From: an uncultured bacterium
Lineage (GTDB): Bacteria > Fidelibacterota > Marinisomatia > Marinisomatales > UBA1611
Assembly: GCA_943788175.1 (NCBI GenBank)
Contig: CALSPG010000005.1
Span: forward strand, 352,001-416,000
Length of the DNA stretch: 64,000 nucleotides
Direction: 5' to 3'
Shown here: in pieces, positions 32,101-40,112 of the stretch
Position numbering within the stretch: the stretch's first letter is position 1
Layout of the letters: every line of letters begins with the position of its first letter
The notes under the pieces: model-generated
What the model saw: the letters and a program-made list of their open reading frames with translations, nothing else
Database searches by the model: none
Told to the model about the DNA's origin: nothing
Position numbers and translations under genes: made by a program

Positions 32101-32508
32101 AATGTTATGCTACTTTTTGAAGAAGTAAGTGGAGGAGATGCTGGTGCGAATTCGATAACGGCCGCTTCTCAGGGTCTGGGCTTATTTACTAACAGTACTC
32201 TTTCAGCTAATGGAGAAACAAGTTTGCCTTCGGAGTATACGTTGCATGCAAATTATCCGAACCCATTTAACCCTTCAACTGTTATCACCTATGATTTAGC
32301 CGGTCAGGGTCATGTAGACCTTTCGATTTACAACGTTGTTGGTAAAAAAGTAAAAACGATTGTAAATAAAAATGAAACCGCCGGTAGGAAAGTAGCTGTC
32401 TGGTACGGTGTCGATGATAGTGGTAATTCATTGAGTGCTGGTATGTATTTTTACAGACTTACAGCTGGAGCTAAAGTATTTACAAAGAAGATGGTATTAA
32501 TGAAATAG
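29128..32508 (+). CDS. Large secreted protein: about five cohesin-like domains, FN3 with nested adhesin-like domain, C-terminal T9SS-type/FlgD-Ig sorting domain
   Basis: GGAGGT at 29115 before ATG 29128; signal peptide; repeated N...VGGVQFDV / PGxGPV beta-sandwich units; EDFEDG...WAVDDI; YYYYVTA; NYPNPFNP...KKMVLMK. Confidence 0.8.
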   Translation: MFKYLNNAFLSLALVFSFIGAQDVELTIVDTSFAGYTDEIIVPILISNPNNNVGGVQFDVSVSPNMVSLTGVSSVGNASSFSAAYNALSDGSSRVVFYNGSDPSGLNPGTDARVLNLHFGGTDVLSAVLEIKLNNLIVSDGEGGVLTSQSSSGNLTIGDVVYLSGSTSTGDVGETVSIDFSISNTGAVGGVQFDVKDSPNYLSLVSVATTARTAEFSADFNNINDGDTSRIILFSSDNVNLAPGTGPVLSATFEIVNNAYADSVSVFMENILVTDGVGGSYWIAAADSGTVAVYPGYIEEPSNLQAIDGQDAYVALSWNPPSGPIPDNITEDFEDGIPDDWTLTTSSAQGWYLTTDCTSEWWTVPAHTNYMCSNDDQANDDGALDYMVTPMLNVSGAASVILNFDSYFDGAYGQTASIGVSDNGVDFTEVYPLVAGTEWINETVDLTPFITGDNLYILFHSNDNAAWASGWAVDDISISFETRVIPERLVHYNLTDLGEWVVSAPKEDVMNKYGGGIPFADRIDLDNPVNLNNQRPVAIDAYKVYKSLSETSDFEEIVELEASVTSYTDEDVVNNTAYYYYVTAIYPDGSESVPTSTVSATPVEWIECYISDGGSLTGIADTIDISVNNESLLGGLFFEIEDFPDVLVGESVLPAERTTGTNGQPSWTFSLLDDNGKISIAGFGPLAGAAALEPGNGPVCRVVVRPQGDQAQTLTLTMTDVQIQDTSNPPVQLNWTAETAAYEVGIETQYIMLTDGNAAPGAQLSSSMCLVNTQDVYGIQVEFVADPPFVSGSGLQVTDLLDLSTWSVSSQQLGNTFTLLLFDNTLSNPVPPGYWYLGEVLIDVLPGSPEDFIVDVEYGEMILSDAYNQPMISVGLPSEVYIGAPPVSYSIHNVEGLLTPGGEGSFEVHMTNTETVGTMSFEIEDAPEYLTVTSVEAVGRFANGIIDGSTGEDSNNENFYFLGYDFTGGIPEGDGPIIKVNVQMSQNINNPNVMLLFEEVSGGDAGANSITAASQGLGLFTNSTLSANGETSLPSEYTLHANYPNPFNPSTVITYDLAGQGHVDLSIYNVVGKKVKTIVNKNETAGRKVAVWYGVDDSGNSLSAGMYFYRLTAGAKVFTKKMVLMK

Positions 32509-32527
32509 TACTTAAGATTTTTTAAAT

Positions 32528-32557
32528 AAAAAGGGCACATGATAGTGCCCTTTTTTT
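32528..32557 (+). terminator. Intrinsic terminator
   Basis: AAAAAGGGCAC-ATGATA-GTGCCCTTTTTTT. Confidence 0.85.
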
Positions 32558-32572
32558 ATAATTTTAGTGTAT

Positions 32573-32655
32573 GCCGCGGTGGTGGAATTGGTAGACACGC
32601 TAGATTTAGGATCTAGTGCACATTGTGCGTGAAGGTTCGAGCCCTTTCCGCGGTA
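32573..32655 (+). tRNA. tRNA-Leu(TAG); CCA not encoded
   Basis: GCCGCGGTGGTGGAATTGGTAGACACG-CTAGA-TTTAGGA-TCTAG, long variable arm, GGTTCGAGCCC T-arm. Confidence 0.95.
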
Positions 32656-32663
32656 CTTTTCGA

Positions 32664-32689
32664 GAGACCTCACTTTTAGTGGGGTTTTT
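32664..32689 (+). terminator. Intrinsic terminator after tRNA-Leu
   Basis: GAGACCTCAC-TTTTA-GTGGGGTTTTT. Confidence 0.7.
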
Positions 32690-32758
32690 TACTGGATAAA
32701 AATAACTTTAAACCAATCTATAACTATATAACAATGAGCTAGTAAACAAAGGACAGTT

Positions 32759-34978
32759 ATGTACAAAATCAAACCAAATTTATTCATTTTTACTTTTCTG
32801 GCTATATGCTTTGGTGCTGATATTTATGCTCCAAAATCTTTCAGTTCGATAATGTCGGATGCGACTAATAAGCTATGGACTCCAGTTTCAGTAACTGCTG
32901 TTGAAAACAGAGCTCATGTTATTATGATTGATAATACCGGATCATACTGCTTAAAAGTAGGCTCAGATATCAAAGGTAGTTTAGCTGTAGGTAATGTAAG
33001 CTATTTAAAAGATGGAACTGCTACTTATGGAGATGCGCTGCAATCTATGTTTCAAATTCTAGATATGAATACTTCTTCACTTGCCACAAGCAGCCTCTCT
33101 GGTACTTACACAATTCATCCTGAACTTGCCTCTTATTACGCTGTCGATGCTGATGGAATCTCGTTGACTATTCGAGACAAATCTTCTTTTTATCAATCGG
33201 GAGAGGCTATTTCTGCTTATTTAGTATTTACGATAACTGATGCTGGTCAATCTTCTGTTTCTTATACCATTAAAGCATCTTCAAGATATGTTTACAATGC
33301 AAGTACAAGTGCATTTGCAATTGATAATAGCTGGAACCAAAGTCAATGGATAAAACTAAATACAGATATGACGGTTGTGCTGACGTCTGTTGAATCTGAG
33401 GCGACAGCTTGGACGTTGGCTAGCGCAAGGGACTTAATTGATATTGGCGTTGATCAAGCTAGTGAATTTAATCCTGGTAGTACATCATGGCAGACAAACT
33501 CGTTCGCTGCTTATCCAGTGGATCAAAACACTGGCGATCTTGCTGTATGGAACTACGATGATAGTCCTCTTAAAACAAACCAATTTTATAATAATGTTGA
33601 TGATGATTATCAAAATCAGCTTGGGCATTCCACAACAGCTGATGCAGCGGCTAGCGCCGTATTAAGCGTTATTGATCAAAATTTATCTAACATGGGAGAA
33701 TCGCTTCGCTATTCGAAAGAAACGTATATCGCTTTTAGGAGTGCTTTACTTGAAAATGATTTTAGCAGTGTAGATGTATATAACGCTAAGCTTGGTGAAA
33801 GAGCAGTTGAGCATGTTTATTTTACAAGCTCTTATGATGATGACGGGGTTTATCATCCTTTTATGGTGATTGCAACCCATAATGCTCCTTCAGGTCCTCA
33901 GTTTTTAATTGATGTTGCTAGGCCTCCGGGAGACGGAACACCAGGTACTAACTATGACCAGCAAACGGTTACTAGAAATGCTGTTTTAGAACAAAAGTTG
34001 GTCAAGATTCCGTTAAAAGATTATGGTTTAGTCTCCACGTTATTGGATAATGATTTAACTCCTTATGGAACGCTTGGATCAGATGCAAACCTTTCGCAGT
34101 CCGATTGGGATGTTGATAATTATACGAGCCTTTCTTCCACAGGTATTGCAGTCGATGGGGTAATTATTTATCCTTCATCAAACAACGTTCTGATCTACGC
34201 ATCCTTAGCTGCGGAGATAACATCCACAGGTATTCATGTTGGTAGAGGTATGGGGTTTCACTATCATGCAGATGGACACGGATTCAATGGGAATGGGATT
34301 AATCTCTACAACGCGAGCGATTATGATGGGCATAGTCATCCTCCGTTAATTGGTTTTGTTTTTGATGGAATTGCGCTATTTGGGAAAAATGATGAGGGGA
34401 CTACTCAGCTAGATGGAGTATCAGAAACTCTTGATGAATATGGTGGCCATGCTCATGATGATTATGGCTATCACTATCATGCTCATTCGGGTACAACAAC
34501 TCAGCAAAATGGTCCAAATACGCACACCTTTAATCAGAATTTTTTACAAAAAGGAGCATTCAAAGGATTGATAAATGATGTTCCTGGATTTTTAAATGTA
34601 AACACAAATCAGTTTATGGATAATGATATCAAGCGTTATGTTGGTGGTTCTGGGACGTCTGTTTTAGAGCATGATATTAATTCTGATCAATTAATACCTA
34701 GTAAGGTTACAATTTATCAAAACTATCCAAACCCATTTAATCCTATCACGTCTTTGCGATATGATTTACCAGAGGATGGCTTAGTTAACGTTACAATCTA
34801 TGACATGATGGGTAGAATCGTAAAAACAGTTATAAATAGTTCACAAAGAGCAGGGTATAATTCAGTTCAGTGGAATGCTACAAATGACCTAGCACAATCA
34901 GTTTCTGCGGGTTTGTATATTTATAGAATTCAAGTTGGAGCGTTTAGCGAGACCAAGAAGATGGTGCTCTTAAAGTAG
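32759..34978 (+). CDS. Secreted YHYH-domain protein with C-terminal T9SS-type/FlgD-Ig sorting domain
   Basis: GIAVDGVIIY, GFHYHADG, HPPLIGFVFDGIALFG, LDEYGGH, YHYH; NYPNPFNP...KKMVLLK. Confidence 0.82.
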   Translation: MYKIKPNLFIFTFLAICFGADIYAPKSFSSIMSDATNKLWTPVSVTAVENRAHVIMIDNTGSYCLKVGSDIKGSLAVGNVSYLKDGTATYGDALQSMFQILDMNTSSLATSSLSGTYTIHPELASYYAVDADGISLTIRDKSSFYQSGEAISAYLVFTITDAGQSSVSYTIKASSRYVYNASTSAFAIDNSWNQSQWIKLNTDMTVVLTSVESEATAWTLASARDLIDIGVDQASEFNPGSTSWQTNSFAAYPVDQNTGDLAVWNYDDSPLKTNQFYNNVDDDYQNQLGHSTTADAAASAVLSVIDQNLSNMGESLRYSKETYIAFRSALLENDFSSVDVYNAKLGERAVEHVYFTSSYDDDGVYHPFMVIATHNAPSGPQFLIDVARPPGDGTPGTNYDQQTVTRNAVLEQKLVKIPLKDYGLVSTLLDNDLTPYGTLGSDANLSQSDWDVDNYTSLSSTGIAVDGVIIYPSSNNVLIYASLAAEITSTGIHVGRGMGFHYHADGHGFNGNGINLYNASDYDGHSHPPLIGFVFDGIALFGKNDEGTTQLDGVSETLDEYGGHAHDDYGYHYHAHSGTTTQQNGPNTHTFNQNFLQKGAFKGLINDVPGFLNVNTNQFMDNDIKRYVGGSGTSVLEHDINSDQLIPSKVTIYQNYPNPFNPITSLRYDLPEDGLVNVTIYDMMGRIVKTVINSSQRAGYNSVQWNATNDLAQSVSAGLYIYRIQVGAFSETKKMVLLK

Positions 34979-34997
34979 ATAATTTTTTTCAAAATCA

Positions 34998-35023
34998 AGC
35001 CTCGCTTTTTGCGGGGCTTTTTT
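34998..35023 (+). terminator. Intrinsic terminator
   Basis: AAGCCTCGC-TTTTT-GCGGGGCTTTTTT. Confidence 0.78.
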
Positions 35024-35082
35024 GTTTATGATATAACCTTGTTATTTCAGATCATATTAGTACAGAATATTTATTTTTGTGT

Positions 35083-35601
35083 TTACGTATACAGCATAAT
35101 AAATATTATAATTCCTGTTACAGAGACATACATCCAAATAGGGAAAGTAATTTTTGCGATTTTTTTATGTTGTTGGATTTGCAATACCATACCTCTATAA
35201 ACGCTAATCATGGCTAAGGGTAAAATAGACATTGCAAGAATAATGTGTGTTAAGAGTACCGGATAATAAATAAAAGTTAGATCTCCAGTGTATGGTTTAG
35301 GACCGCTTTTAAACCAGTGGTAGACAACATAGCTAACAAGGAATAAAGCCGAAGTAAAAAAAGCAGAAAGCATTACGCTTCTATGCTTCTCACGTTTTTT
35401 TTGTCGTATTAAGACGTAACCAATAATGAGCAATATAGTTGTAATTAAATTCAATAAGGCGTTTAAGTATGGCAGTGAGGAAACATCTATAGAACCCTCG
35501 ATTCCTTCCGGCCTAGGACCTAGTATCAAAAAGGCTACTGCCAGACTCAAGACAGCGGATAAAATATAAATTATTTTTAACCAAAAATTTTCTTTTTCCA
35601 T
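35083..35601 (-). CDS. DUF420 (CtaM-like) oxidase-assembly membrane protein
   Basis: LPYLNALLN, HRSVM, FLVSYVVYH, HIILA, HKKIAK..FPIWMYVSVTG. Confidence 0.88.
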   Translation of the reverse strand: MEKENFWLKIIYILSAVLSLAVAFLILGPRPEGIEGSIDVSSLPYLNALLNLITTILLIIGYVLIRQKKREKHRSVMLSAFFTSALFLVSYVVYHWFKSGPKPYTGDLTFIYYPVLLTHIILAMSILPLAMISVYRGMVLQIQQHKKIAKITFPIWMYVSVTGIIIFIMLYT

Positions 35602-35606
35602 AATTA

Positions 35607-36488
35607 TTATCTATTTAAGTCAATGAAGATTATGATTAGAAGTGCTGGAAGATAAATAACCGAAGTTTTTAGAAGGAGTTTTGCGTTATCGATCGTTGTA
35701 TCTCTTAAAAGAGGTATTCCAGAAATCAGATAGGCAATTCCTAATGCCAATGCTCCCCAGAAATAAAAATTACCTAAAATTCCAGTTACAACAAAAAACA
35801 GGGAGACTGGGATTAGTAAAAATGCGTGCCATAATATTTGCCGATTTGTTCTAAAGTTTTCTTTTTCAATAACAGGAAGCATTTTAAATCCTGCTTTTGC
35901 ATAATCCTTTTTGCACATTAATGCGATTGCATAAAAATGAGGATGTTGCCATAAAAATAAAATTGAAAAAAGGATCCAAGCATTAGGATCTAATTGATTT
36001 GCTGACGCAGCCCAACCGCCCAAAGCAGGCATCGCTCCTGGAATAGCACCAATTGTGGTATTGAGCCATGTAATTCTTTTGAGCGGAGTGTAAACAAAAA
36101 TATATAACAATACAGTAAATAGGCCAAGTATTCCGCTTAGTAAATTTATTGCAAAGCAAAGAATTAATAGTCCAAAGATAGACAGAATCAATCCAAAGTA
36201 AAGTGCAGTTGAAGCCATTATTAATCCAGACGGGATTGGTCTAGATTTAGTTCTATCCATTAATTTATCAAGGTCTCTTTCTACATAATGGTTAATTGCA
36301 CCAGCTCCGCCAGACAAAAGTGCAGTTCCAAACATTGTTAGAAAGAAATTGTAAATATTTGTGTTTCCCGTGTTTCCTAAGTAGTAGCCTAGGGCTGTAG
36401 AAACAAGTATGAGCATGGTTATTCTAGGTTTTGTCAGCTCGAAAAATGCACTAAATTGATTTTGTGCTTGTAGTGGTTTTCTTTTCAT
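35607..36488 (-). CDS. ctaB: Heme o synthase (protoheme IX farnesyltransferase)
   Basis: LTKPRI, DKLMDRTKSRP, YTPLKR, GAIPGAMP, WQHPHF. Confidence 0.96.
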   Translation of the reverse strand: MKRKPLQAQNQFSAFFELTKPRITMLILVSTALGYYLGNTGNTNIYNFFLTMFGTALLSGGAGAINHYVERDLDKLMDRTKSRPIPSGLIMASTALYFGLILSIFGLLILCFAINLLSGILGLFTVLLYIFVYTPLKRITWLNTTIGAIPGAMPALGGWAASANQLDPNAWILFSILFLWQHPHFYAIALMCKKDYAKAGFKMLPVIEKENFRTNRQILWHAFLLIPVSLFFVVTGILGNFYFWGALALGIAYLISGIPLLRDTTIDNAKLLLKTSVIYLPALLIIIFIDLNR

Positions 36489-37090
36489 GCATTTTTACTA
36501 AAGTTTTTTAAAAAAGAATTTATATGATTTCTAAGTATTGATATGCTACCTTTATCTGTTCCATTATAATACTGTCTAATATTGCCTTCTTCATCAATCA
36601 ATACAAATTTTACTGAATGGCCTGCTGGCAAGCTCTCGGACATAAACATAAATCCTTCTTTGTTCAGTTTTTTAACACTCTCCATATCTGTTCTTAGAAA
36701 TTTCCAGCGTTCATCGTCCACGCCGTTGGCATCAGCATATAATTTTAAAACATCTTGAGTATCGTATTCTGGGTCTACTGATATGGATATAAATTGCAAA
36801 TTTGGATGGAGCTTATATTGTTTATAGAGTGTGCGCATGTTACTTGACATAATAGGGCAAGGGCCAGGGCAACTAGTAAAAATAAAATCAAGAACAGAAA
36901 TTTTATTTTTTAAACTATCTTGATTAAACGGTGTTCCAGTATGGCTGGTCATTGAGAAGTCAGGTACTTTTTTTATAATTGATGGAAGTTCTTCTATTGA
37001 ATCATTCGCCTTTGATATAACCCAAGTCGCACTAATGCCAAGAAAGCTGATGATAGTGACAACGAAAATGATATAGCTTTTCTTGATCAT
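36485..37090 (-). CDS. SCO1/SenC copper chaperone
   Basis: FIFTSCPGPCP, SVDPEYDT, HS..FVLID; probable start is ATG 37090 (MIKKSY). Confidence 0.92.
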   Translation of the reverse strand: MIKKSYIIFVVTIISFLGISATWVISKANDSIEELPSIIKKVPDFSMTSHTGTPFNQDSLKNKISVLDFIFTSCPGPCPIMSSNMRTLYKQYKLHPNLQFISISVDPEYDTQDVLKLYADANGVDDERWKFLRTDMESVKKLNKEGFMFMSESLPAGHSVKFVLIDEEGNIRQYYNGTDKGSISILRNHINSFLKNFSKNA

Positions 37091-38016
37091 GGTTCCAGTG
37101 AAATTTTCCAAAAAGTAAATACAGATACAGTTAACCCAATTAAAAGGGATGAAAACCACATGTGAAATAATTGCATGAGCGGTTTCACATCAAAAAAGAC
37201 TAATGATTCTCCAAGTAGTATTTGAGTTACAATCAATATCATTATAGAGTTAACTGAATTTATCATAAATGGTGATGACCTAAATTTAATATCGTAAACA
37301 ATTTTTCTTAAGTAAAGTGTAAGGCCCAATAGTGAAAATCCTAAAATAGTATGGATGTATTTAAATGGTCCTAACATTTTTAGTAAAATAATACTTTCAA
37401 TAAGTGGATTGTCTTTTCTGCTCATATCAAGACCACCTCTAATTTCTGTTCCAATGATTATTTCAATAAAAAGACAAACTAATATTCCTACTATTACACT
37501 TTTTAAGTGAGGGTGATAATTACTGGATTTTTCAAAATTACCAACAATAAGATAATATGATTGTATAGAGCTGTAAATGATAAGTCCGATAATTATGAGT
37601 GCAAGTAGTAAATGAATAGTTATTGTTATTGGGTCAAGTACTGTATCGACCAATTTAGCTCCAACCCAGCCTTCAAGAAGGGTCAAGAAAAAAGCAACAG
37701 ATATAGATAACAAAACATGTTTAGATTTTTTAAAATGTAGATACCCCAGTACAAATGTTATCAAAATAATGAAACCTACTAAAGCGCCAAAAAGTCTATT
37801 GAGGTATTCGACCCATGCAAGCACTAAATTGAATTTTTCCGGGTCAATGTAATCCGGTAATTGACTTAAGCTTGTTGGTGGAATCCATCTTCCGAAACAT
37901 CTCGGCCAATCAGGACAACCCATTCCTGCGCCAGACACTCGTACGAGTCCACCTATGAAAATAAGTAGATATGTAAATACCATTGATAAAATTGAAAATT
38001 GAAAATATCTTTGCAT
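37087..38016 (-). CDS. ctaA: Heme a synthase (COX15/CtaA)
   Basis: GGLVRVSGAGMGCPDWPRC, WVEYLNRL, conserved TM His residues; probable start ATG 38016. Confidence 0.92.
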   Translation of the reverse strand: MQRYFQFSILSMVFTYLLIFIGGLVRVSGAGMGCPDWPRCFGRWIPPTSLSQLPDYIDPEKFNLVLAWVEYLNRLFGALVGFIILITFVLGYLHFKKSKHVLLSISVAFFLTLLEGWVGAKLVDTVLDPITITIHLLLALIIIGLIIYSSIQSYYLIVGNFEKSSNYHPHLKSVIVGILVCLFIEIIIGTEIRGGLDMSRKDNPLIESIILLKMLGPFKYIHTILGFSLLGLTLYLRKIVYDIKFRSSPFMINSVNSIMILIVTQILLGESLVFFDVKPLMQLFHMWFSSLLIGLTVSVFTFWKISLEP

Positions 38017-38142
38017 ATTAAGGTTATAAATTATGTACCAAACGCCCAATAAATCTTAGTACTTTTATTATCGTTTTATAATTGACCTTTATGGTAATAT
38101 TATGACTAATATTTTGTGTCAATAAAATAAATTAATTAAATA

Positions 38143-39645
38143 ATGTCGAAACCTTTAAACCAAATTGAACTTGGGACTTCTTGTTTTGTGAAAGAGTCAG
38201 GACAACCAGGCACTTTGCAAAGGATTTTCTATTATCCTACTAAATATTTAGTCAAAACTGATGATGGTGAATTCCAATATTATTCAACCCATGAAATTAC
38301 ATTTGAGGGCTATGATCGACCAAAAACCAGTTTAAGTATACCAGATGTTCCCTATGATGGGGTTGGTTCCAATTATGCTGTGTGGGTACCTTTTCAAGCG
38401 GAAAGTCAGGTCGAGCATCACTTCTTGAGCAGTAAGCAGATTGTATGGGAAATGATTACTTCACTAGAATTATATAATGTTTGGTTTGATGGCATTCAGA
38501 GAGCTATCCCAGACGTTACCTCTGAACGATATGTCCATAAATTTTCTTTTGATAAGTTACCTTTAAAACCAGGGGCTTATTTTAAAATAAGACCAGCTAC
38601 TTTAGCTCCTTGGTTTAGATGTAGAATTATTACAATAGAGAAAGAAAAAGAATTTGGTTTTGATTTTCAGATGAATCCTTTTTATAGTGAATACGTTTCT
38701 TTTAAGATTGAAGAGTCTAAAAATGGTGTTTTTGTTATTTGTAATAGATTTAGTAAAGGGCCATTGTCATTTCTAGCACTGTTTAATTGGAACAAGGGAA
38801 AATCAAAAATTTTACAGAAACTTGCCGAAATTACGCCCACTGTTGAATTAAAAGAGGATGATAGTTCTAACGTTTTAGATAGTTCAGCAAAAGAACCTCA
38901 ACTTAATAGAGAACAAACTATTGCTTTTGTTGTGAACAAATCCTTAGATGGTGATAATGATCCTTTAAATGCTTTATCCGATAAAGTAACCAGAGGAAAA
39001 GCAAAAGCATTTTTAGTTAAAATTAAAAGAGGCTCAGCTGAAAGGCCGGCTATGCCGGACCTAAGCCAAGCTGCACCTGCTTCGGTGCAAAGTAATACCG
39101 AATTATCGCAAGAACAGACGATTGCTCTAGTAGTCAATAATTCTTTAGACGGTAATAATGACCCTCTAAATGCAATTGAGGATAAAGTAACCAGAGGTAA
39201 AGCTAAGGCTTTATTAGTTAAAATTAAGCGTGGTACTGCTGAGAGGCCTCCAATGCCAGATCTCTCTTCATCGGTCGAACCTAGCAATGCTCCAGAAGGA
39301 GCTGAGCTTTCGCCAGATCAGGTTTTTGCTATTGCTGTAAACAAAGGTGCAGATGGTGATATGGAAGCAGTCAATGCAATTGAGGATAGAGTAACCAGAG
39401 GTAAAGCTAAAGCCTTGTTAGTTAAAATTAAAAGAGGTTCTGCCGAAGTTCCTCCGATGCCAAATATTTTATCGTCTGAAAAAGCCCCAGTTAATGAAAA
39501 AAAATCAGAAAGTGAAGACGAAATGATAGATAGGCTAGTAGCTGCTGGTGTGGGAGGAGATATGGAAGAAATTAACAGTTTAGAAAGCAGGGTCTTGAGA
39601 GGCAAAATAAAAGCTGCTATTGTAAAGGCAAAGAGAAAGAAATAA
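38143..39645 (+). CDS. Unknown protein: small N-terminal domain, SRPBCC/START-like domain and four basic helical repeats
   Basis: VWEMITSLELYNVWFDGI is START-like; repeat core DKVTRGKAKA.LVKIKRG. Confidence 0.75.
   Translation: MSKPLNQIELGTSCFVKESGQPGTLQRIFYYPTKYLVKTDDGEFQYYSTHEITFEGYDRPKTSLSIPDVPYDGVGSNYAVWVPFQAESQVEHHFLSSKQIVWEMITSLELYNVWFDGIQRAIPDVTSERYVHKFSFDKLPLKPGAYFKIRPATLAPWFRCRIITIEKEKEFGFDFQMNPFYSEYVSFKIEESKNGVFVICNRFSKGPLSFLALFNWNKGKSKILQKLAEITPTVELKEDDSSNVLDSSAKEPQLNREQTIAFVVNKSLDGDNDPLNALSDKVTRGKAKAFLVKIKRGSAERPAMPDLSQAAPASVQSNTELSQEQTIALVVNNSLDGNNDPLNAIEDKVTRGKAKALLVKIKRGTAERPPMPDLSSSVEPSNAPEGAELSPDQVFAIAVNKGADGDMEAVNAIEDRVTRGKAKALLVKIKRGSAEVPPMPNILSSEKAPVNEKKSESEDEMIDRLVAAGVGGDMEEINSLESRVLRGKIKAAIVKAKRKK
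38899..39642 (+). repeat. Four intragenic repeats with a 67-68 aa period
   Basis: GATA(A/G)AGTAACCAGAGG at 38980, 39181 and 39385; degenerate copy at 39586. Confidence 0.9.
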
Positions 39646-39650
39646 TCGTT

Positions 39651-39758
39651 ATGGATGACGAAAAGTATTATCGCATGTCTTTCTCTCAACTTTTTTCCCT
39701 TGTAATTTGTACGTTACTACTTATCATTTATGTCTCTCTAGTCACATGGGTATTATAA
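39651..39758 (+). CDS. Single-TM microprotein, 35 aa
   Basis: MDDEKYYRMSFSQLFSLVICTLLLIIYVSLVTWVL; starts 5 nt after the previous stop. Confidence 0.5.
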   Translation: MDDEKYYRMSFSQLFSLVICTLLLIIYVSLVTWVL

Positions 39759-39782
39759 CAATTGAATTTTGATTGGTTTACA

Positions 39783-39906
39783 ATGTCTTGGTTGCAGCAA
39801 AATCTTGAATGGGCAGTAGGGCTTTTATTAGTAAGTATTATTATTTTGTTTTTTTTTCCCACTTTTGTTAGGTCATCAGCTTAAAGAAGAAGAAGATAAA
39901 AAATGA
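39783..39906 (+). CDS. Single-TM microprotein, about 40 aa, probable extra T in T9 run
   Basis: MSWLQQNLEWAVGLLLVSIIILFFF; with T8 at 39849-39857 it continues PLLLGHQLKEEEDKK and its stop overlaps the next ATG (ATGA); as written it stops at 39884. Confidence 0.5.
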
Positions 39907-40073
39907 TTAGTACGAATGGCTCTCTACCAATAATATCGATTCTAATTTTAATTTTTTCTATGCTCCTTATATCAGAAGTTTTTAAGTTGAAAAAGATTCA
40001 GAGAAGGTTGGTTAAAAAATTTGATATCCTTCGTAAAGATCTCGACGTTTTGAAAGATAAAAAAGAAGATTAG
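39903..40073 (+). CDS. Single-TM protein with charged tail, 56 aa
   Basis: MISTNGSLPIISILILIFSMLLISEVFKLKKIQRRLVKKFDILRKDLDVLKDKKED. Confidence 0.55.
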   Translation: MISTNGSLPIISILILIFSMLLISEVFKLKKIQRRLVKKFDILRKDLDVLKDKKED

Positions 40074-40112
40074 ACTATTGAGTTTTTTTAGTATTTCTCA
40101 GTAATATAATGA

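Noticed and set aside
32689-32750. Short matches (ACTGGATAAAAA/TTTTTATCCAGT and TAGTAAACAA) shared with 53294-53350; possible DnaA boxes or att sites
   Set aside because: 10-12 nt AT-rich matches in inconsistent orientation that fit TTATCCACA poorly; no integrase nearby.
38898-39689. Antisense ORFs 38898-39287 and 39318-39689 with repeats; possible CRISPR-like periodicity
   Set aside because: They are shadows of the plus-strand coding repeats; the period of about 201 nt with synonymous divergence is not CRISPR-like.
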